The notes: generated by a model not told the origin, from the sequence alone. Shown: positions 10,957 to 22,301, numbered from the stretch's first letter. The stretch is DNA of 64,000 nt from an uncultured Actinomycetota bacterium (GCA_963739465.1 CAVUAS010000005.1:218261-282260); one strand, 5' to 3'. Numbers and translations: made by a program.

Positions 10957-11709
10957 GTGCTCGATCTCAACTCCGACCTCGGAGAGTCGTTCGGTCGCTG
11001 GGTGCTCGGCGACGACGAGGCCATCCTCGGCCTCGTGACGTCGGCGAACGTCGCGTGCGGCTTTCACGCAGGCGACGCGACGACGCTGCGGCGCACATGC
11101 GTGCAGGCCGTGGAGCGCGGCGTGGTCGTGGGGGCGCAGGTCGGGTACCGCGATCTCGCCGGGTTCGGGCGCCGGTTCGTCGACATGGACCCGGGCGAGC
11201 TCGCCGACGACGTGCTCTACCAGATCGGCGCGCTCGAAGGCATGTGTCGGGTGGCAGGCACCCGCGTGCGGTACGTGAAGCCACACGGTGCGCTGTACAA
11301 CGCGACGATGCACCACGAGGTGCAGGCCCGGGCGGTGGTCGATGCCGTGCGGGCGTACGACGCGGCGCTGCCGGTGCTCGGCTTGCCCGGCTCGGAGTTG
11401 CTCGCGGCGGCGGAGGCGGCCGGGTTGCGCGCGGTGCCGGAGTTCTTCGTCGACCGCGGGTACACGCCCGAGGGCAGGCTGGTCCCGCGGTCGCAGGACG
11501 GCGCGCTCCTGCACGACCCGGAGCACGTGACGGCGCGGGTGGTGCGGATGGTCGACGAGGGCGTCGTCGTCGCGGTCGACGGCTCCGACGTGACGGTCCG
11601 CGCGGAATCGGTGTGCGTGCACGGGGACTCGCCGCGCGCGGTCGCGATGGCCGCCGCCGTCCGGGACGGTCTGACCGCCGCGGGGGTGGATCTGCATGCG
11701 TTCGTCTGA
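10957..11709 (+). CDS. pxpA: 5-oxoprolinase subunit A (LamB/YcsF family)
   Basis: [40 protein letters not shown]. Confidence 0.93.
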   Translation: MLDLNSDLGESFGRWVLGDDEAILGLVTSANVACGFHAGDATTLRRTCVQAVERGVVVGAQVGYRDLAGFGRRFVDMDPGELADDVLYQIGALEGMCRVAGTRVRYVKPHGALYNATMHHEVQARAVVDAVRAYDAALPVLGLPGSELLAAAEAAGLRAVPEFFVDRGYTPEGRLVPRSQDGALLHDPEHVTARVVRMVDEGVVVAVDGSDVTVRAESVCVHGDSPRAVAMAAAVRDGLTAAGVDLHAFV

Positions 11710-13327
11710 GCAGGCCGTTGACGACGTGCGGCCGGCGGATGAGGTGGCGGACGGCGATCGGCGGGTGTGGGCGATGGGGGACGCGGCGCTCCTCGTGGAG
11801 CTCCCTGACCTCGACGCCGTGCTCGCCCACGCCGCCGCGATCGAGGCGGCGGACTGGTCGGGCGTGGTCGACGTCGTGCCGGGCGCGCGGACGGTGGTGG
11901 TCATCGTCCGCCCGGGCACCGACCTCGGCGCGCTACGTCGCGCCGTCCTCGCCTTGGACGTCGCGCCGCTCTCCGCGGAGGACGGGGCGACCGTCGAGAT
12001 CCCCGTCGTCTACGACGGGCCGGACCTGGCCGTGGTCGGGGAGCTGACCGGGCTCGACCTCGACGAGGTGGTGGCCGCGCACACCGGCACGCCGTGGCAG
12101 GTCGGGTTCGGCGGCTTCGCGCCCGGCTTCGCCTACCTGACCGGCGGCGACCCCCGGCTGCAGGTCGAGCGCCGATCCGAGCCGCGCACGAGCGTCCCGG
12201 CCGGGGCGGTGGGCCTCGCGGGCGAGTTCAGCGGGGTCTATCCCCGCAGCTCGCCGGGTGGCTGGCAGCTGATCGGCCGCACGGACACGCTCCTGTGGGA
12301 CGCCGCGCGCACCCCGCCCGCGCTGCTGACGCCGGGGGCGCAGGTCCGCTTCGTCGCCCAGAAGGCGCAGGACACCGACGCGCCCCGACTCCGGCAGGCA
12401 GCCCCCGTCGCGATGGCCGAGCGGGCTGCCGCGGCGGCGGGCCTGACCGTCACCCCGACGCGGGCACTGGAGGTCCTGTGCGTCGGCCCGCTCGCCTTGG
12501 TGCAGGACCTCGGCCGCCCCGGCCATGCGGCGGTCGGCGTGCCCCGCTCGGGCGCCGCCGACCGCGCGGCGCTCCGCCTGGCCAACCGCCTCGTCGCCAA
12601 CGACGACGAGGGCGCCGCCGCCATCGAGGTGCTCCTCGGCGGCCTCGTGGTGCGCGCGCACGGGCTGCGCACGGTGGCGCTCGCGGGTGCCCCCGCCCCG
12701 GCCGACGTCGACGGCACGCCGGTCGCCCACCACAGCGTCCTCACCCTGCGCCCGGGCCAGACCCTCACCCTCGGCCCACCTCCCGCAGGCCTGCGCACCT
12801 ACCTCGCCGTCCGCGGCGGCCTCGCCGTCGACGCCGTCCTCGGCTCGGCGGCGGGCGACACCCTCTCCGGCCTCGGCCCGGCCGCCCTCGCGCCGGGCGA
12901 CCTCCTGGCCGTCGGCCGCGAGCCCGACCTCCCGTGGCTGCTGGACCTCGCCCCCGTCGCCCCGCCCACCGACGCGACGGTCACGCTGCGCGCCGTCCTC
13001 GGCCCCCGCGCCGACTGGGTCGCCGACACGGGCGCGCTCGCCCACACCGCATGGACGGTCTCCAGCCGCAGCGACCGCGTCGGCATGCGCCTCGAAGGCG
13101 AGTCGCTGCGCCGCACCGACCGCCGTGAGCTGCCCAGCGAGGGCATGGTGCGCGGCGCGATCCAGGTGCCGCCGGGCGGCGAGCCGGTGGTGTTCCTCGC
13201 CGACCATCCGGTCACCGGCGGCTATCCGGTGGTGGCCGTCGTCGTCGACGCCGACGTCGACCGCGCCGCCCAGGCCCGCCCCGGCCAGTCCGTCCGGTTC
13301 CGGCTCGTCCCCCCGGAGTTCTCATGA
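11696..13327 (+). CDS. Fused 5-oxoprolinase subunits B/C (urea amidolyase-like)
   Basis: [58 protein letters not shown]; start approximate. Confidence 0.9.
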   Translation: MRSSEQAVDDVRPADEVADGDRRVWAMGDAALLVELPDLDAVLAHAAAIEAADWSGVVDVVPGARTVVVIVRPGTDLGALRRAVLALDVAPLSAEDGATVEIPVVYDGPDLAVVGELTGLDLDEVVAAHTGTPWQVGFGGFAPGFAYLTGGDPRLQVERRSEPRTSVPAGAVGLAGEFSGVYPRSSPGGWQLIGRTDTLLWDAARTPPALLTPGAQVRFVAQKAQDTDAPRLRQAAPVAMAERAAAAAGLTVTPTRALEVLCVGPLALVQDLGRPGHAAVGVPRSGAADRAALRLANRLVANDDEGAAAIEVLLGGLVVRAHGLRTVALAGAPAPADVDGTPVAHHSVLTLRPGQTLTLGPPPAGLRTYLAVRGGLAVDAVLGSAAGDTLSGLGPAALAPGDLLAVGREPDLPWLLDLAPVAPPTDATVTLRAVLGPRADWVADTGALAHTAWTVSSRSDRVGMRLEGESLRRTDRRELPSEGMVRGAIQVPPGGEPVVFLADHPVTGGYPVVAVVVDADVDRAAQARPGQSVRFRLVPPEFS

Positions 13328-14085
13328 TCCCCCGCGACGCGCGCGCCCGTTTCCGCGACGGGCTCGTCACCCCTACCTCCGGCTGGTGCGACGGCTACAC
13401 GCAGGCCAACCTGATCTCCGTGCCACGCGACCTGGCCTGGGACTTCCTCCTCTTCGCCCAACGCAACCCGCGGCCGTGTCCGGTGCTCGACGTGCTCGAG
13501 GCGGGCGAGGTCGCCGGGCCGCTCGCCGAGGGCGACATCCGCACCGACGTCCCCCGCTACCGCGTCTGGGTCGACGGCGAGCTCGCGGCCGAGCCGACCG
13601 ACGTCCGCGACGTCTGGCGCCCCGACCTCGTCAGCTTCCTCATCGGCTGCAGCTTCACCTTCGAGGGCGCGCTCGCGGCGGCCGGGGTGCCGGTGCGGCA
13701 CGTCGAGCAGGGCGTCAACGTGCCGATGTACCGGACGTCGTGGCGTTGCCGGGCGGCGGGCGCGGTGGCGGGGCCGCTGGTCGTGTCGATGCGGCCGGTG
13801 CCCGCCGACCTCGTCGAGACCGCGACCGCCGTCACCGCCCGCTTCCCGGCCGTGCACGGCGCGCCCGTGCACGTCGGCGACCCCGCCGAGCTGGGCATCG
13901 CCGAGCTGGACGCGCCCGACCACGGCGATCCCGTCCGCTTCGAGGCAGGCGACGTGCCGGTGTTCTGGGCGTGCGGGGTGACGCCGCAGGAGGCGGTGAT
14001 GGAGACGCGCCCGCCGTTCGCGATCACGCACGCGCCCGGCCACATGTTGATCACCGACGTCCGCGACGCGACCTACAAGGTCTGA
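13324..14085 (+). CDS. Putative hydro-lyase (DUF1445 / D-glutamate cyclase-like)
   Basis: [46 protein letters not shown]. Confidence 0.88.
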   Translation: MIPRDARARFRDGLVTPTSGWCDGYTQANLISVPRDLAWDFLLFAQRNPRPCPVLDVLEAGEVAGPLAEGDIRTDVPRYRVWVDGELAAEPTDVRDVWRPDLVSFLIGCSFTFEGALAAAGVPVRHVEQGVNVPMYRTSWRCRAAGAVAGPLVVSMRPVPADLVETATAVTARFPAVHGAPVHVGDPAELGIAELDAPDHGDPVRFEAGDVPVFWACGVTPQEAVMETRPPFAITHAPGHMLITDVRDATYKV

Positions 14086-14471
14086 GGCACGGCGATCCGG
14101 GGCACCGCGATGCGCGTCGGGCACGAGCGGCCGCGCAGGTGCTCTTACGCGCCGAGCTCCCAGTGCGTCGCCTCGGTCGCCGCCACGGCCCGCCCGGTGA
14201 CCAGCCGGAGCGGCCCGTACAGCACGACCCGCCGTTCGCGCTGCACCTGTGGGCGGCGTCGCCAGGCTTGCGGCGCAACCGGCGGCGTCCCCACCACACC
14301 CCGACCGGCGCCGCGACGGCCAGGGCTCAGACGCCGCCCGGACGCCGCGGCCGGGACGCCGCCGCCGACCCGGCCGCAATAGCCTTCGCAGGGCTCGTGC
14401 GCGCTTCGCAGGGGCATGGACTCGGCGAGGTGTCGGCGCGATCTCCGAGGTGGGCCGGTTGGTGACGGCCG

Positions 14472-14840
14472 CTACCGCGCAATCTCGCCGATGCGGTCGT
14501 TGAGGAACTCCAGCAGCCCGAACAGGGGCTCGGTGAGCTCCACGCCGAGCGCCGTGAGGCTGTAGCTCACCTGCGGCGGCGTGGTCGGCGCGACCGCGCG
14601 GGCCACGAACCCGTCGCCCTCCAACGTCCGCAGGGTCTGGGCCAGCATCTTCTCGCTTACGCCCCCGATGCGACGGCGGAGCGCGCTGAACCGCAGCGCC
14701 CCGGGCCGCAGAGCCACGAGGACGAGCACGGCCCACTTGCTCGTGACGTGGTCGAGCACCGCCCGGCTCGGGCAGTTGCTGTCGAACACATCGCCCCGCA
14801 ACGCGACACCGGCCCTTACCAAGAGGTACGTACTTACCAA
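14472..14840 (-). CDS. HxlR-family winged-helix regulator (true start probably downstream, around 14789)
   Basis: CPSRAVLDHVTSKW, GGVSEKMLAQTLRTLEGDG, YSLTALG. Confidence 0.88.
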   Translation of the reverse strand: MVSTYLLVRAGVALRGDVFDSNCPSRAVLDHVTSKWAVLVLVALRPGALRFSALRRRIGGVSEKMLAQTLRTLEGDGFVARAVAPTTPPQVSYSLTALGVELTEPLFGLLEFLNDRIGEIAR

Positions 14841-14847
14841 TCGTAAG
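14833..14847. promoter_or_regulatory. Probable HxlR-type operator
   Basis: CTTAC-N5-GTAAG between the divergent HxlR and NAD(P)-binding genes. Confidence 0.6.
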
Positions 14848-14860
14848 CGAGAAGGTTAGC

Positions 14861-15670
14861 ATGAGTTGCATGATCACCGTTACCGGAGTCACCGGAAAGC
14901 TCGGCCGCATCGCCCTCGACGACCTGCGCGGCCGCGTGCCCGCCGACCAACTCGTGGCCGTTGCGCGTACCCCGGAGAAGGCCGCCGACCCGGGGGTCGA
15001 GGTCCGCCGCGGCGACTACGACGACCCCGCCTCGCTGCGCGCCGCCTTCGCAGGCACCGACGTCCTGCTGCTCGTCTCCTCCCCGGACGTGACGCCGGGC
15101 GTGCGCCCGCGCCAGCACGGCAACGCGATCACGGCGGCCGCCGAGGCGGGCGTCGGCCGCATCGTCTACACCAGCGGCATCCACGCCCAGGACGGCCCGA
15201 CGTTCCTCCGCGACCACGGCGCCACCGAGGACCTCCTCGCGGCCGCGGGCGTGCCGTTCACGATCCTGCGCAACACCTTCTACGAAGAGGCGCTGGTGAA
15301 CCCGGGCCTGCGCGACGCCGTGGCGAAGGGTGAGCTGCTCGGCGCGGACAAGGGGGTGCCGGTCAACTTCGCCACGCTGCACGACCTCGGGCTCGCCGCT
15401 GCGGCCACCCTCACCGAAGACGGGCACGCGGGGGCGGTATACGAGCTGCGCGGTCCGCTGTGGACGGTCGCGGAGCTCGCCGCGACCGTCGCCGACGTGG
15501 CGCGCGCGCCGGTGGCCTACCGCGCGGTCGAGTCCGCCGCGCTCGGCCCGGCCGCGTTCGTGCACGACCTCATCGCCGAGGGCCTGTTCCGCGAGCCGTC
15601 CGACGACCTGGCGAAGCTCCTGGGCCGCGAGCCCACCCCGCTGCGCGACGCCGTGGCCGCGGCGCTGTGA
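14861..15670 (+). CDS. NmrA-like NAD(P)H-binding oxidoreductase (quinone reductase type)
   Basis: ITVTGVTGKLG Rossmann motif, RRGDYDDPASL, FTILRN. Confidence 0.88.
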   Translation: MSCMITVTGVTGKLGRIALDDLRGRVPADQLVAVARTPEKAADPGVEVRRGDYDDPASLRAAFAGTDVLLLVSSPDVTPGVRPRQHGNAITAAAEAGVGRIVYTSGIHAQDGPTFLRDHGATEDLLAAAGVPFTILRNTFYEEALVNPGLRDAVAKGELLGADKGVPVNFATLHDLGLAAAATLTEDGHAGAVYELRGPLWTVAELAATVADVARAPVAYRAVESAALGPAAFVHDLIAEGLFREPSDDLAKLLGREPTPLRDAVAAAL

Positions 15671-15675
15671 CCGGG

Positions 15676-15724
15676 TCGTGAGTGGAAATAGTGGCTAGTC
15701 TAGAGCAACGTTATCCACTCACGA
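15676..15724. repeat. REP-like palindrome, copy 1
   Basis: TCGTGAGTGGAAA...TTATCCACTCACGA, 49 bp, just after the upstream gene's stop codon. Confidence 0.85.
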
Positions 15725-17317
15725 GCCGGAGGCCAGGTCCCCGTGCTGCTCGCGCAGCTCGCGCTTGAGGATCTTCCCGCTCGGGTTCTTCGGCAGCGCG
15801 TCGGCGAGCACCACGTACTTCGGCCGCTTGTAGGCCGCCAGCTTCTGCTTGGCGTGCTCGTGCACGTCGTCCTCGGTGAGCTCCGAGCCGGACTTGGGCA
15901 CGACGACCGCCGTCACCGCCTCGATCCACGTCGGGTGGCTGATCCCGAACACCGCGACCTCGGCGACCCCCTCCAGCTCGTAGATCGCCTCCTCCACCTC
16001 GCGGGAGGCGACGTTCTCGCCGCCGGTCTTGATCATGTCCTTCTTGCGGTCGACCACCGAGAGGTAGCCGTCCTCGGTCATGACGCCCAGGTCGCCGGAG
16101 TGGAACCAGCCGCCGCTGAAGGCCTCGGCGGTCTTCTCTTCGTCCTCGTAGTAGCCCAGCGTGGCGTGCGGGGAACGGTGCACGATCTCCCCGACCTCGC
16201 CCGCGGGCACCGGCTGTCCGACATCGTCAACCAGCATCGTCTCGACGTTGATCGACGCGCGGCCCGCGGACCCGGCGCGGCTCACCTGCTCGTCGGGCCG
16301 CAGGATCGTGGCGAGCGGGGACATCTCGGTCTGGCCGTAGAAGTTCCAGAACCGTACGTCGGGCAGCCGCCGTCCCAGCTCCCTGAGCACCTCGACGGGC
16401 ATCGGCGACGCCCCGTAGTAGCCCTTGCGCAGCGACGAGAGGTCGCGGGTGTCGAAGTCGGAGTGGCGCAGCAGCGAGATCCACACCGTCGGAGGGCAGA
16501 ACAGCTTCGTCACCTTCTCGCGCTCGATCGTCGCGAGCAGGGCGGCGGGCTCGGGCGCGGGCAGGATGATGCTGGTGGCGCCGAGGTAGACGTCCACGGA
16601 GAAGAAGCAGTCCAGCTGCGCGCAGTGGTACATCGGCAGGGAATGCGCCTCGATGTCGTCGGCGGTCATCTCGCCGTCGATCACGCACGACACGTACTGG
16701 CTGATCAGCGACCGCGACGGCAGCAACACGCCCTTGGGCCGCGACTCCGTGCCGCTCGTGTACATGAGCCGCAGCGGGTCGTCGTCGGCCACCGCGACCT
16801 CGGGGTCGTCGGCGGGGCCCGCGCTCCACCAGTCGTGCACGTTCTCCCAGCCTGCCGCTGTGCTTTCGCCCTCCCGACCCGCCCCGGAGATGCGGCCGCG
16901 CACCTCGATAGGTGAGTCGCCGATCGCCTTCTCGGCCGTGGCGAGCAGCGCGTCGTCGGCGACCATCGCGGACGCGCCCGAGTGGCCGAGGATGAAGGCG
17001 ATCTCGTCGGCGTTCAGCATGAAGTTGATAGGCACGAGCACCACGCCGAGCTTCGCCGTGGCGAACACCAGCACCGCGAACGACCAGGAGTTGCGGCCGA
17101 GGAGCGCGAGCCGGTCGCCCTTGCTCAGGCCGCGGGCGGCCAGCGCGCCCGCGGCCCGGTTCACGGCGGCGTCGAACTCGGCGAACGTGTAGCGCTCGTC
17201 CCCGTAGACGACGGCGAGCTTGTCGGGCGAGCGCTGGGCGGTGCGACGCAAGAGGTCGCCCACCGAGTGCTGGCGGGCCCGCGCGACGGCGGCGGCGGTG
17301 TCGGCGCTGAACGGCAT
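15719..17317 (-). CDS. Fatty-acyl-CoA synthetase (AMP-binding)
   Basis: YTSGTESRPKG, NFYGQTE, WFHSGDLG, DRKKDMIKTGGENV, PKNPSGKILK. Confidence 0.95.
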   Translation of the reverse strand: MPFSADTAAAVARARQHSVGDLLRRTAQRSPDKLAVVYGDERYTFAEFDAAVNRAAGALAARGLSKGDRLALLGRNSWSFAVLVFATAKLGVVLVPINFMLNADEIAFILGHSGASAMVADDALLATAEKAIGDSPIEVRGRISGAGREGESTAAGWENVHDWWSAGPADDPEVAVADDDPLRLMYTSGTESRPKGVLLPSRSLISQYVSCVIDGEMTADDIEAHSLPMYHCAQLDCFFSVDVYLGATSIILPAPEPAALLATIEREKVTKLFCPPTVWISLLRHSDFDTRDLSSLRKGYYGASPMPVEVLRELGRRLPDVRFWNFYGQTEMSPLATILRPDEQVSRAGSAGRASINVETMLVDDVGQPVPAGEVGEIVHRSPHATLGYYEDEEKTAEAFSGGWFHSGDLGVMTEDGYLSVVDRKKDMIKTGGENVASREVEEAIYELEGVAEVAVFGISHPTWIEAVTAVVVPKSGSELTEDDVHEHAKQKLAAYKRPKYVVLADALPKNPSGKILKRELREQHGDLASGS

Positions 17318-17354
17318 GTGCTCACGGTAGATGCCGGTGCAACCAGCGGGCCGG

Positions 17355-18140
17355 TCACGCCAGGTGGCGCTGAAGCCACTCGACGGCCAGCCGATCGACG
17401 GTGGTGGCGTGCGGCAGCGGGTGTTCCTCCGGGTCGACGAGCGCGTGGGGCATGTCGGGCACGGTCACCAGATCGACCCGTGACGGGTCGGCGTACCGCT
17501 TGGCGAGCGCCTCCTGCAGCTCGACGGCGGCGTCCTGAATGCCGGCGTCGTCCCGTTCGCCGACGATCAGGCGCACCGCGGGGGCCGCGGCGGCGGTCTC
17601 GTCCGCGCGGGCGACGAAGTCGAGCTCGTCGGCGATCTCCATGGCCTTCGGGTTCCAGCGGTAGGTGACGTCGAAGCGGTGCTCGTTCACGGCCACCACC
17701 GTGCGCAGCCGGGTGACCGGGCTGACGAGCACCTCGGCGACGACGTCGTCCCGGTCGAGCGCGACCAGCTGCGCCACCACCGAGCCCAGCGACCCGCCCA
17801 GCAGGGCGAGCGGACCGGCGAACCCGAACCGCTGGGTCAGCGCGGCGTAGGCGGCCGGGAACTCGGCGCGGGCCTGCGCGGTGATGGGGCCGAAGTGGTT
17901 GACGACCGCGTCCTCGTAAGCCAGCCGCAGGTACTCCGTGGGGTCGATGCTGCGCGAGGAGTGCATCGGCAGGCCGAGGTAGATCCGCCACGCGTCGAGC
18001 CCGGCGAGGGGCAGCGCGGCGGCGAGGGCGGTCTCGCTGCGGGGCGGGTCGGCCAGGTGCCACGCCACGACGACGGGGGCGTCCGGCCGTTCGCGCTCCG
18101 GTGGGACGGCGACATAAGGAACTCCAGCAGCTAATTGCAC
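17355..18140 (-). CDS. Alpha/beta-hydrolase-fold protein
   Basis: LLGGSLGS (GxSxG) nucleophile elbow, LIVGERDD, PDMPHAL; GTG start 18140 inferred. Confidence 0.7.
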   Translation of the reverse strand: MQLAAGVPYVAVPPERERPDAPVVVAWHLADPPRSETALAAALPLAGLDAWRIYLGLPMHSSRSIDPTEYLRLAYEDAVVNHFGPITAQARAEFPAAYAALTQRFGFAGPLALLGGSLGSVVAQLVALDRDDVVAEVLVSPVTRLRTVVAVNEHRFDVTYRWNPKAMEIADELDFVARADETAAAAPAVRLIVGERDDAGIQDAAVELQEALAKRYADPSRVDLVTVPDMPHALVDPEEHPLPHATTVDRLAVEWLQRHLA

Positions 18141-18152
18141 GCCGTCCAATTT

Positions 18153-18169
18153 ACTGGACAGTGTACAGT
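18153..18169. promoter_or_regulatory. Probable TetR operator
   Basis: Near-palindrome ACTGGACAGTGTACAGT in the 35-bp gap between divergent starts. Confidence 0.6.
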
Positions 18170-18175
18170 TGCGCA

Positions 18176-18754
18176 ATGCCGCGCGGTCCCGGACAGCGGG
18201 CGGGCCTGACCCGCGCCGCAGTGCTCGAGACCGCCCATGCCCTGCTGGCCGAGGAGGGTCTGGACGCGCTGTCCATGCGAGCGCTGGCCCGCCGCCTCGG
18301 GGTGGCGCCGAACGCGCTCTACAGCCACGTGCCGGGCAAGACCGAGCTGGTCGACGCGCTGCTGGACGACCGGCTCTCGCTCGTGGAGGAGCCCGACCCG
18401 GATGCGCCGGACCCGGTGGCGGCGCTGGCGGGGCTGATGACGTCGACGTACGAGGTGCTGCTCGCCCGGCCCGGTCTGGTGCCGCTCTACCTCGCGCGGC
18501 AGGGCTCGCGCGGGCCGAACGCCGTGCGGCTGGGCGTGCCGATGGACGCGCTGCTCGCCCGGCTCGGGCTCGCCACCGACGACGTCCCCTCGGCGCGGCG
18601 GGCGCTGATCGTGCACGCGATCGGTGGCGCGGCCTTCGCGGGCGCGGACGGGCCGATGCCCGCGGCGACGGCGCGCGCGGACTTCGCCCGCTCCCTACGG
18701 TGGCTGCTGGCGGGCATCGCAGGGGACGCCCCCGCCAACGCCCGCCCGCCGTGA
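18176..18754 (+). CDS. TetR/AcrR-family regulator (TetR_C type)
   Basis: LSMRALARRLGVAPNALYSHVPGKTEL HTH. Confidence 0.9.
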   Translation: MPRGPGQRAGLTRAAVLETAHALLAEEGLDALSMRALARRLGVAPNALYSHVPGKTELVDALLDDRLSLVEEPDPDAPDPVAALAGLMTSTYEVLLARPGLVPLYLARQGSRGPNAVRLGVPMDALLARLGLATDDVPSARRALIVHAIGGAAFAGADGPMPAATARADFARSLRWLLAGIAGDAPANARPP

Positions 18755-18811
18755 TCACCAGTTGGTTGCGAATGCGGCCGGAAATGGCACGGAAATGCGC
18801 CGAACCGGTGA

Positions 18812-19262
18812 TCATGGGTGGGCTGGCCTGGGGCGGGCGGTGAGGTTGAAGCGGCCGATCAGCCTGCTGGTGTGCTCCCCGGCGTACTCGACCCGGTACG
18901 TGCGGGCCAGCCGCCCGAAGCGCGTCCGTCGGCCCGGGCAGGCCGACGCCGGTGATCTCCCGGCCACGCCGCCAGCCGTCGATCTCGAACAGCATGAGGA
19001 AGGGGTCGCCGACGGCCAGATCGTCCGCACCCGGGGTGAGCGTGCGCGGGCTGCGGCGGCCGCGGTTGTCGATCAGGTCGTTGCTGTAGGGGCGAGGCGG
19101 AGCTGGCAGACCCAGCGGAAGGTCGTCTCCGCGGGCGCCGCGACGTCGACGGCCCGGATCAGCCGCACCGCCGGGTCGGGCACGAGCGCGGCCCAGGGGT
19201 AGTCGGCGCGCCGCTCGTCGTCGGTCGCGCCCCAGCTCCACGGCAACGCCGCCCGCACCACC
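18812..19262 (-). pseudogene. SRPBCC/polyketide-cyclase-like protein with two apparent frameshifts
   Basis: WGATDDERRADYPW...VDVAAPAETTFRWVCQLRLAP continues in another frame as YSNDLIDNRGRRSPRTLTPG and in a third as FGRLARTYRVE. Confidence 0.55.
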
Positions 19263-19403
19263 TGCGCAGCGAACCACGATCGGGCGTGCGGCGGACAACG
19301 GCGCGGTGATCGGCACGAATCGCACCTCACGCACGTCGCGGCCTGCCTGGTGTGCGGCTCGGCGCGATCACCCGGCTCGGCGCGATCACCCGGGTTGGCG
19401 CGA

Positions 19404-20181
19404 TCAGCCGGGTTGCGCGGTGAGCACGCGGGCGCCGTCGGGCACGACGGCGATGGTGTGCTCCGCGTGGGCGGCGCGGGAGCCGTCGGCGGTGCGGATG
19501 GTCCATCCGTCGCGGTCGTGGCGGTAGCCGTCGGTGCCGCCCGCGATGAGCATGGGCTCGATCGCGATCACCAGCCCGGGCTGCAGCTTGAGGCCGCGGC
19601 GCGCCTTGCCCTCGTTGGGCACGTGCGGCTCCTCGTGCATCGACCGGCCGACCCCGTGGCCGCCGTGGTCGGCCAGCATCCCGAACCCGGCGGCACGGGC
19701 GACGGTGCCGATGGCGTGCGCGACGTCGCCCATCTTCGCGCCCGGGCTCCATGGCGGCGATCCCGGCGGCGAGTGCACGTTCGGTCGCGTCGATGAGGGC
19801 GAGGTCGCGCGGGTCGGGCCGGTCGCCGACGACCACGCTGAACGCCGCGTCCGCGCACCACCCGTCGAGGTGGACGGCGAAGTCCACCGACAGCAGGTCG
19901 CCCGACTTCAGCGGGCGCTTGCCCGGCACGCCGTGCACGACGGCGTCGTTGATGCTGATGCACGTGACCGCCGGGTACGGCCCGGGCGCCCAGCGCGGGT
20001 GGTAGCCGCGGAAGCTCGACACGGCGCCCGCGTCGGCGATCATGCCGGACGCGATGTCGTCGAGCTGGCGGGGCGTGACGCCGGGCGCGGCCTTCGCGCG
20101 CAGCACCGCCAGCACGTCGGCCACCACCCGGCCCGCCGCGGCGATCGCGTCGATCTCACCCGGCGTCTTCAGCTCGATCAC
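19404..20181 (-). CDS. map: Type I methionine aminopeptidase, frameshifted near 19745
   Basis: IELKTPGEI, CISINDAVVHGVP, DGWCADAA in one frame; GHGVGRSMHEEP, AIEPML, AAHAEHTIAV in the next; extra G in ATGGAGCCCGGGCGCG. Confidence 0.88.
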
Positions 20182-20201
20182 GCCGTCCACGATAGGCGGG
20201 G

Positions 20202-20245
20202 TCGTGAGCGGAAATAACGGCCGGAGCAACTATTTCCACTCACGA
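20202..20245. repeat. REP-like palindrome, copy 2
   Basis: TCGTGAGCGGAAATA...TATTTCCACTCACGA; supplies the TGA stop of the oxidoreductase gene. Confidence 0.85.
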
Positions 20246-21138
20246 CCGGAGCGCCACCTTGCCCAGCGCGTGGCCGCCCTCCACTGCGCGCATCGCGGCC
20301 GGGGCTGCTTCGAACGGGTAGACCTCGCTGACGTACGGGTCCAGCTCGCCCGCGGCCACCAAGCGGGCCAGCTCGGTGAGCACGGCGGTGCTGCGGTCGC
20401 GCGGCACCTCGTCGCCGCCCAGCTCTCGGGCCAGCGGCTTGTCCGCCACCGAGCGCAGCCGCTTCGGGTCGACCAGGCCCGCGACGGCGCGCAGCGCGTC
20501 CCCGCCGACGAGGTCGAACAGGCCGTCGACGCCGTCGGGGGCGGCCGCGCGCACCCGCTCGAGCACGCCGTCGCCGTACGCCACGGGCACCGCGCCCAGC
20601 GCGGTGAGCAGCTCGTGCTTCGCCGGGCTCGCCGTGCCGACCACCCGCAGCCCGCGCGCTCGCGCGAGCTGCACGACCGGCAGCCCGACCCCGCCGCCCG
20701 CCCCGTTGACCAGCAGCGTCGCACCCGTGGGCAAGTCGAGCGCCGTGAGCGCGTCGTACGCCGTGCCCGCGGCCACCGGCAGCACGGCGACCGCCTCCGG
20801 CGCCACGTCGGACGGCCGGTGCGCCGCGAACCCCGCCGTCACGCGGGCCAGGGGCGCGAACCCGCCCTGCATGTCGGGGCAGCCGCCGAACACCTCGTCG
20901 CCGACGGCGAAGCCGGAAACGCCCGGTCCGAGGGCCGCGACCGGCCCGCCACCTCCCGGCCCAGCACCGCGGGCGCGACCGGCCCGTAGGAGCCCTCGCG
21001 CAGCCGCCAGTCGCCGGGGTTCACGCCCGCGGCCCGCACCCGCACCAGCAGCTCGCCCTCGCCCGCCACCGGCTCGGGCACGTCGAGGAACGCCTCGCAC
21101 TCCGGCCCGCCGAGCGTCGTGAACCCGTAAGCCCTCAT
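20240..21138 (-). CDS. NADP-dependent (zeta-crystallin-like) oxidoreductase, frameshifted near 20943
   Basis: VRVRAAGVNPGDW...LGREVAG, then VAALGPGVSGFAVGDEVFG...LVNGAGGGVG...HALGKVAL in the next frame. Confidence 0.85.
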
Positions 21139-22301
21139 ACCGCCGCCTTCAGTGTTGATTTCAGGCCTGCCAACCGCGACACCGCCTCGGTCAGCACCTC
21201 GTCGCGCTTGCAGAACGCGAACCGCACCAGCGTGCGGCCGAGATCGGGGTCGACGCAGAACACCGACACCGGCACCGCCGCCACCCCGATCAGCTCGGGC
21301 AACCGCCAGCAGAACTCGGCGCCGTCGGCGACGCCCAGCGGCGCCGCGTCGGTGACGACGAAGTACGTGCCCGCCGTCGGGAACACCGTGAACCCGGCAG
21401 CCCGCAGCCCGACCGACAGCAGGTCGCGCTTGCGCTGCAGGTTCGCGGCCAGGTCGGCGTAGAACGCGTCGGGCAGGCCCAGCGCGGTGGCGATCGCGGG
21501 CTGGAACGGCGCGCCCGAGACGTAGGTGAGGAACTGCTTCGCCGTCTTGACCGCCGCCACCAGCTCGCGCGGGCCGTGTATCCAGCCGACCTTCCAGCCC
21601 GTGACCGAGAACGTCTTGCCCGCCGACGAGATCGTCAACGTGCGCTCGGCCATCCCGGGCAGGGCCGCCATCGGCACGTGCGGGCGCCCGTCGTAGAGCA
21701 TGTGCTCGTAGACCTCGTCGGTGACGACCACGGCCCCGAACTCGGCCGCGAGCGCCCCGATCGTCTGGAGCTGGTCGGCCGACAGCACGGTGCCGGTCGG
21801 GTTGTGCGGGGTGTTGACCAGCACGAGCCGGGTGCGCGGCGAGAAGGCCGCGCGCAGCTCGTCGGGGTCGAAGCCGAAGGTCGGCGGCCGCAGCGGCACG
21901 GGTCGGAGCACGGCGCCCGCAAGCGCGATGGTGGCGGCGTAGGAGTCGTAGAACGGTTCGAACGTGACGACCTCGTCGCCCGGGTCGCACAGGCCCAGCA
22001 CGGCGGACGCGATGGCCTCGGTGGCGCCGGTCGTGATCAGCACGTCCTCGGGGTCGACGGCCAGGCCGTGAAACCGGCGCTGGTGCTCGGCCACGGCCGT
22101 GCGCAGCGCGGGGACGCCGAGACCGGGTGGGTACTGGTTCACGCCCCCGGTGATGTTCGCGGCGGCGTCGGCGAGCAGCGACGGCGGCCCTTCGGTGTCC
22201 GGGAAGCCCTGCCCGAGGTTGATGGCGCCCGTGCGGACGGCCAGCGCCGACATCTCCGCGAAAATCGTCGACGTGTAGGGGCGCATCCGCTCGACCACCA
22301 T
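21135..22301 (-). CDS. PLP-dependent class I/II aminotransferase (DapC-like)
   Basis: INLGQGFPD, NTPHNPTG, DEVYEH, SSAGKTFSVTGWKVGW, VRFAFCK. Confidence 0.93.
   Translation of the reverse strand: MVVERMRPYTSTIFAEMSALAVRTGAINLGQGFPDTEGPPSLLADAAANITGGVNQYPPGLGVPALRTAVAEHQRRFHGLAVDPEDVLITTGATEAIASAVLGLCDPGDEVVTFEPFYDSYAATIALAGAVLRPVPLRPPTFGFDPDELRAAFSPRTRLVLVNTPHNPTGTVLSADQLQTIGALAAEFGAVVVTDEVYEHMLYDGRPHVPMAALPGMAERTLTISSAGKTFSVTGWKVGWIHGPRELVAAVKTAKQFLTYVSGAPFQPAIATALGLPDAFYADLAANLQRKRDLLSVGLRAAGFTVFPTAGTYFVVTDAAPLGVADGAEFCWRLPELIGVAAVPVSVFCVDPDLGRTLVRFAFCKRDEVLTEAVSRLAGLKSTLKAAV

Noticed and set aside
10186-14085. GntR-pxpA-pxpBC-DUF1445 as a novel system
   Set aside because: A well-known, widespread 5-oxoprolinase-type operon.
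14086-14471. Small ORFs between the DUF1445 and HxlR genes
   Set aside because: No recognisable motif or RBS; possibly a gene remnant, but not supportable.
17355-19334. 659-aa fusion ORF
   Set aside because: A chance joining of the hydrolase, the antisense of the TetR and one frame of the frameshifted SRPBCC-like gene.
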